From Jimgerdemannia flammicorona (taxonomy: Eukaryota): a DNA stretch of 34,881 bases. Within the stretch, counting starts at the first letter, position 1. Every line of letters starts with the position of its first letter. The position numbers and the translations under genes were made by a program. Below the pieces are notes generated by a model, which made no database searches, was not told the origin of the DNA, and saw only the letters and a program-made list of their open reading frames with translations. Positions 34,595 to 34,881 of the stretch are shown here, in pieces. Location of the stretch: the NCBI GenBank assembly GCA_003990765.1, contig RBNJ01000265.1, positions 1 through 34,881 on the forward strand, written 5' to 3'.

Positions 34595-34881
34595 TGTAAC
34601 AGACCAAAAACGTACCACCTGAATTATAACTTAGCCAGATGACGCGAACAATTAGCATACTTACTCAGTATGATGTGACTTCCAGTGTATCATAGTTACT
34701 CATGCCCGCCACACTTATAATTAGCCAAGACACCAGATCAGGATTGTTTACCTGTGTCCTGCGGACACACTCATGTCCTGCGGACACACTCATGTCCTGC
34801 GGACACACTCATGTCCTGCGGACACACTCATGTCCTGCGGACACACTCATGTCCTGTGGACACACCTGTACCCAGAGGACA
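34595..34881. mobile_element. Probable terminus of another, younger LTR
   Basis: TGTAACA start with an abrupt switch to CpG-containing sequence; the other end lies outside the window. Confidence 0.45.
34755..34865. repeat. 19-bp tandem repeat x ~6
   Basis: TGTCCTGCGGACACACTCA x5 perfect plus one variant partial copy. Confidence 0.97.

Noticed and set aside
34755..34865. CRISPR array
   Set aside because: Contiguous identical units with no unique spacers, in a eukaryotic TE context.

Overview
Eukaryotic (probably fungal, by inference) nested-retroelement cluster with no recognisable host gene. From left to right: (1) the 3' part of a dUTPase-carrying Ty3/gypsy element, family A (PR-DUT-RT-RH-IN, 2.3-kb 3' LTR at 5372-7697); (2) an old minus-strand gypsy relic that hosts a family-B solo LTR, which itself contains a polyadenylated, TSD-flanked U6 snRNA retrocopy, followed by the 5' half of a family-B gypsy; (3) a near full-length L1/Tx1-like LINE; (4) a minus-strand Ty1/copia inserted into the 3' UTR of a related plus-strand copia and itself interrupted by a 5'-truncated LINE and a two-LTR family-B gypsy lacking PR/RT/RH; (5) the probable start of another LTR. 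Almost all ORFs are decayed by C>T/G>A changes. The most notable observation is that two divergent gypsy families each carry a homologous ~270-330 aa accessory ORF of unknown function inside U3 of the LTR. In both, it is preceded by a reading frame that crosses the PPT and followed by short repeats and a TATA-AATAAA-TCAGT module, an organisation reminiscent of complex retroviruses. All alignments were done by eye.
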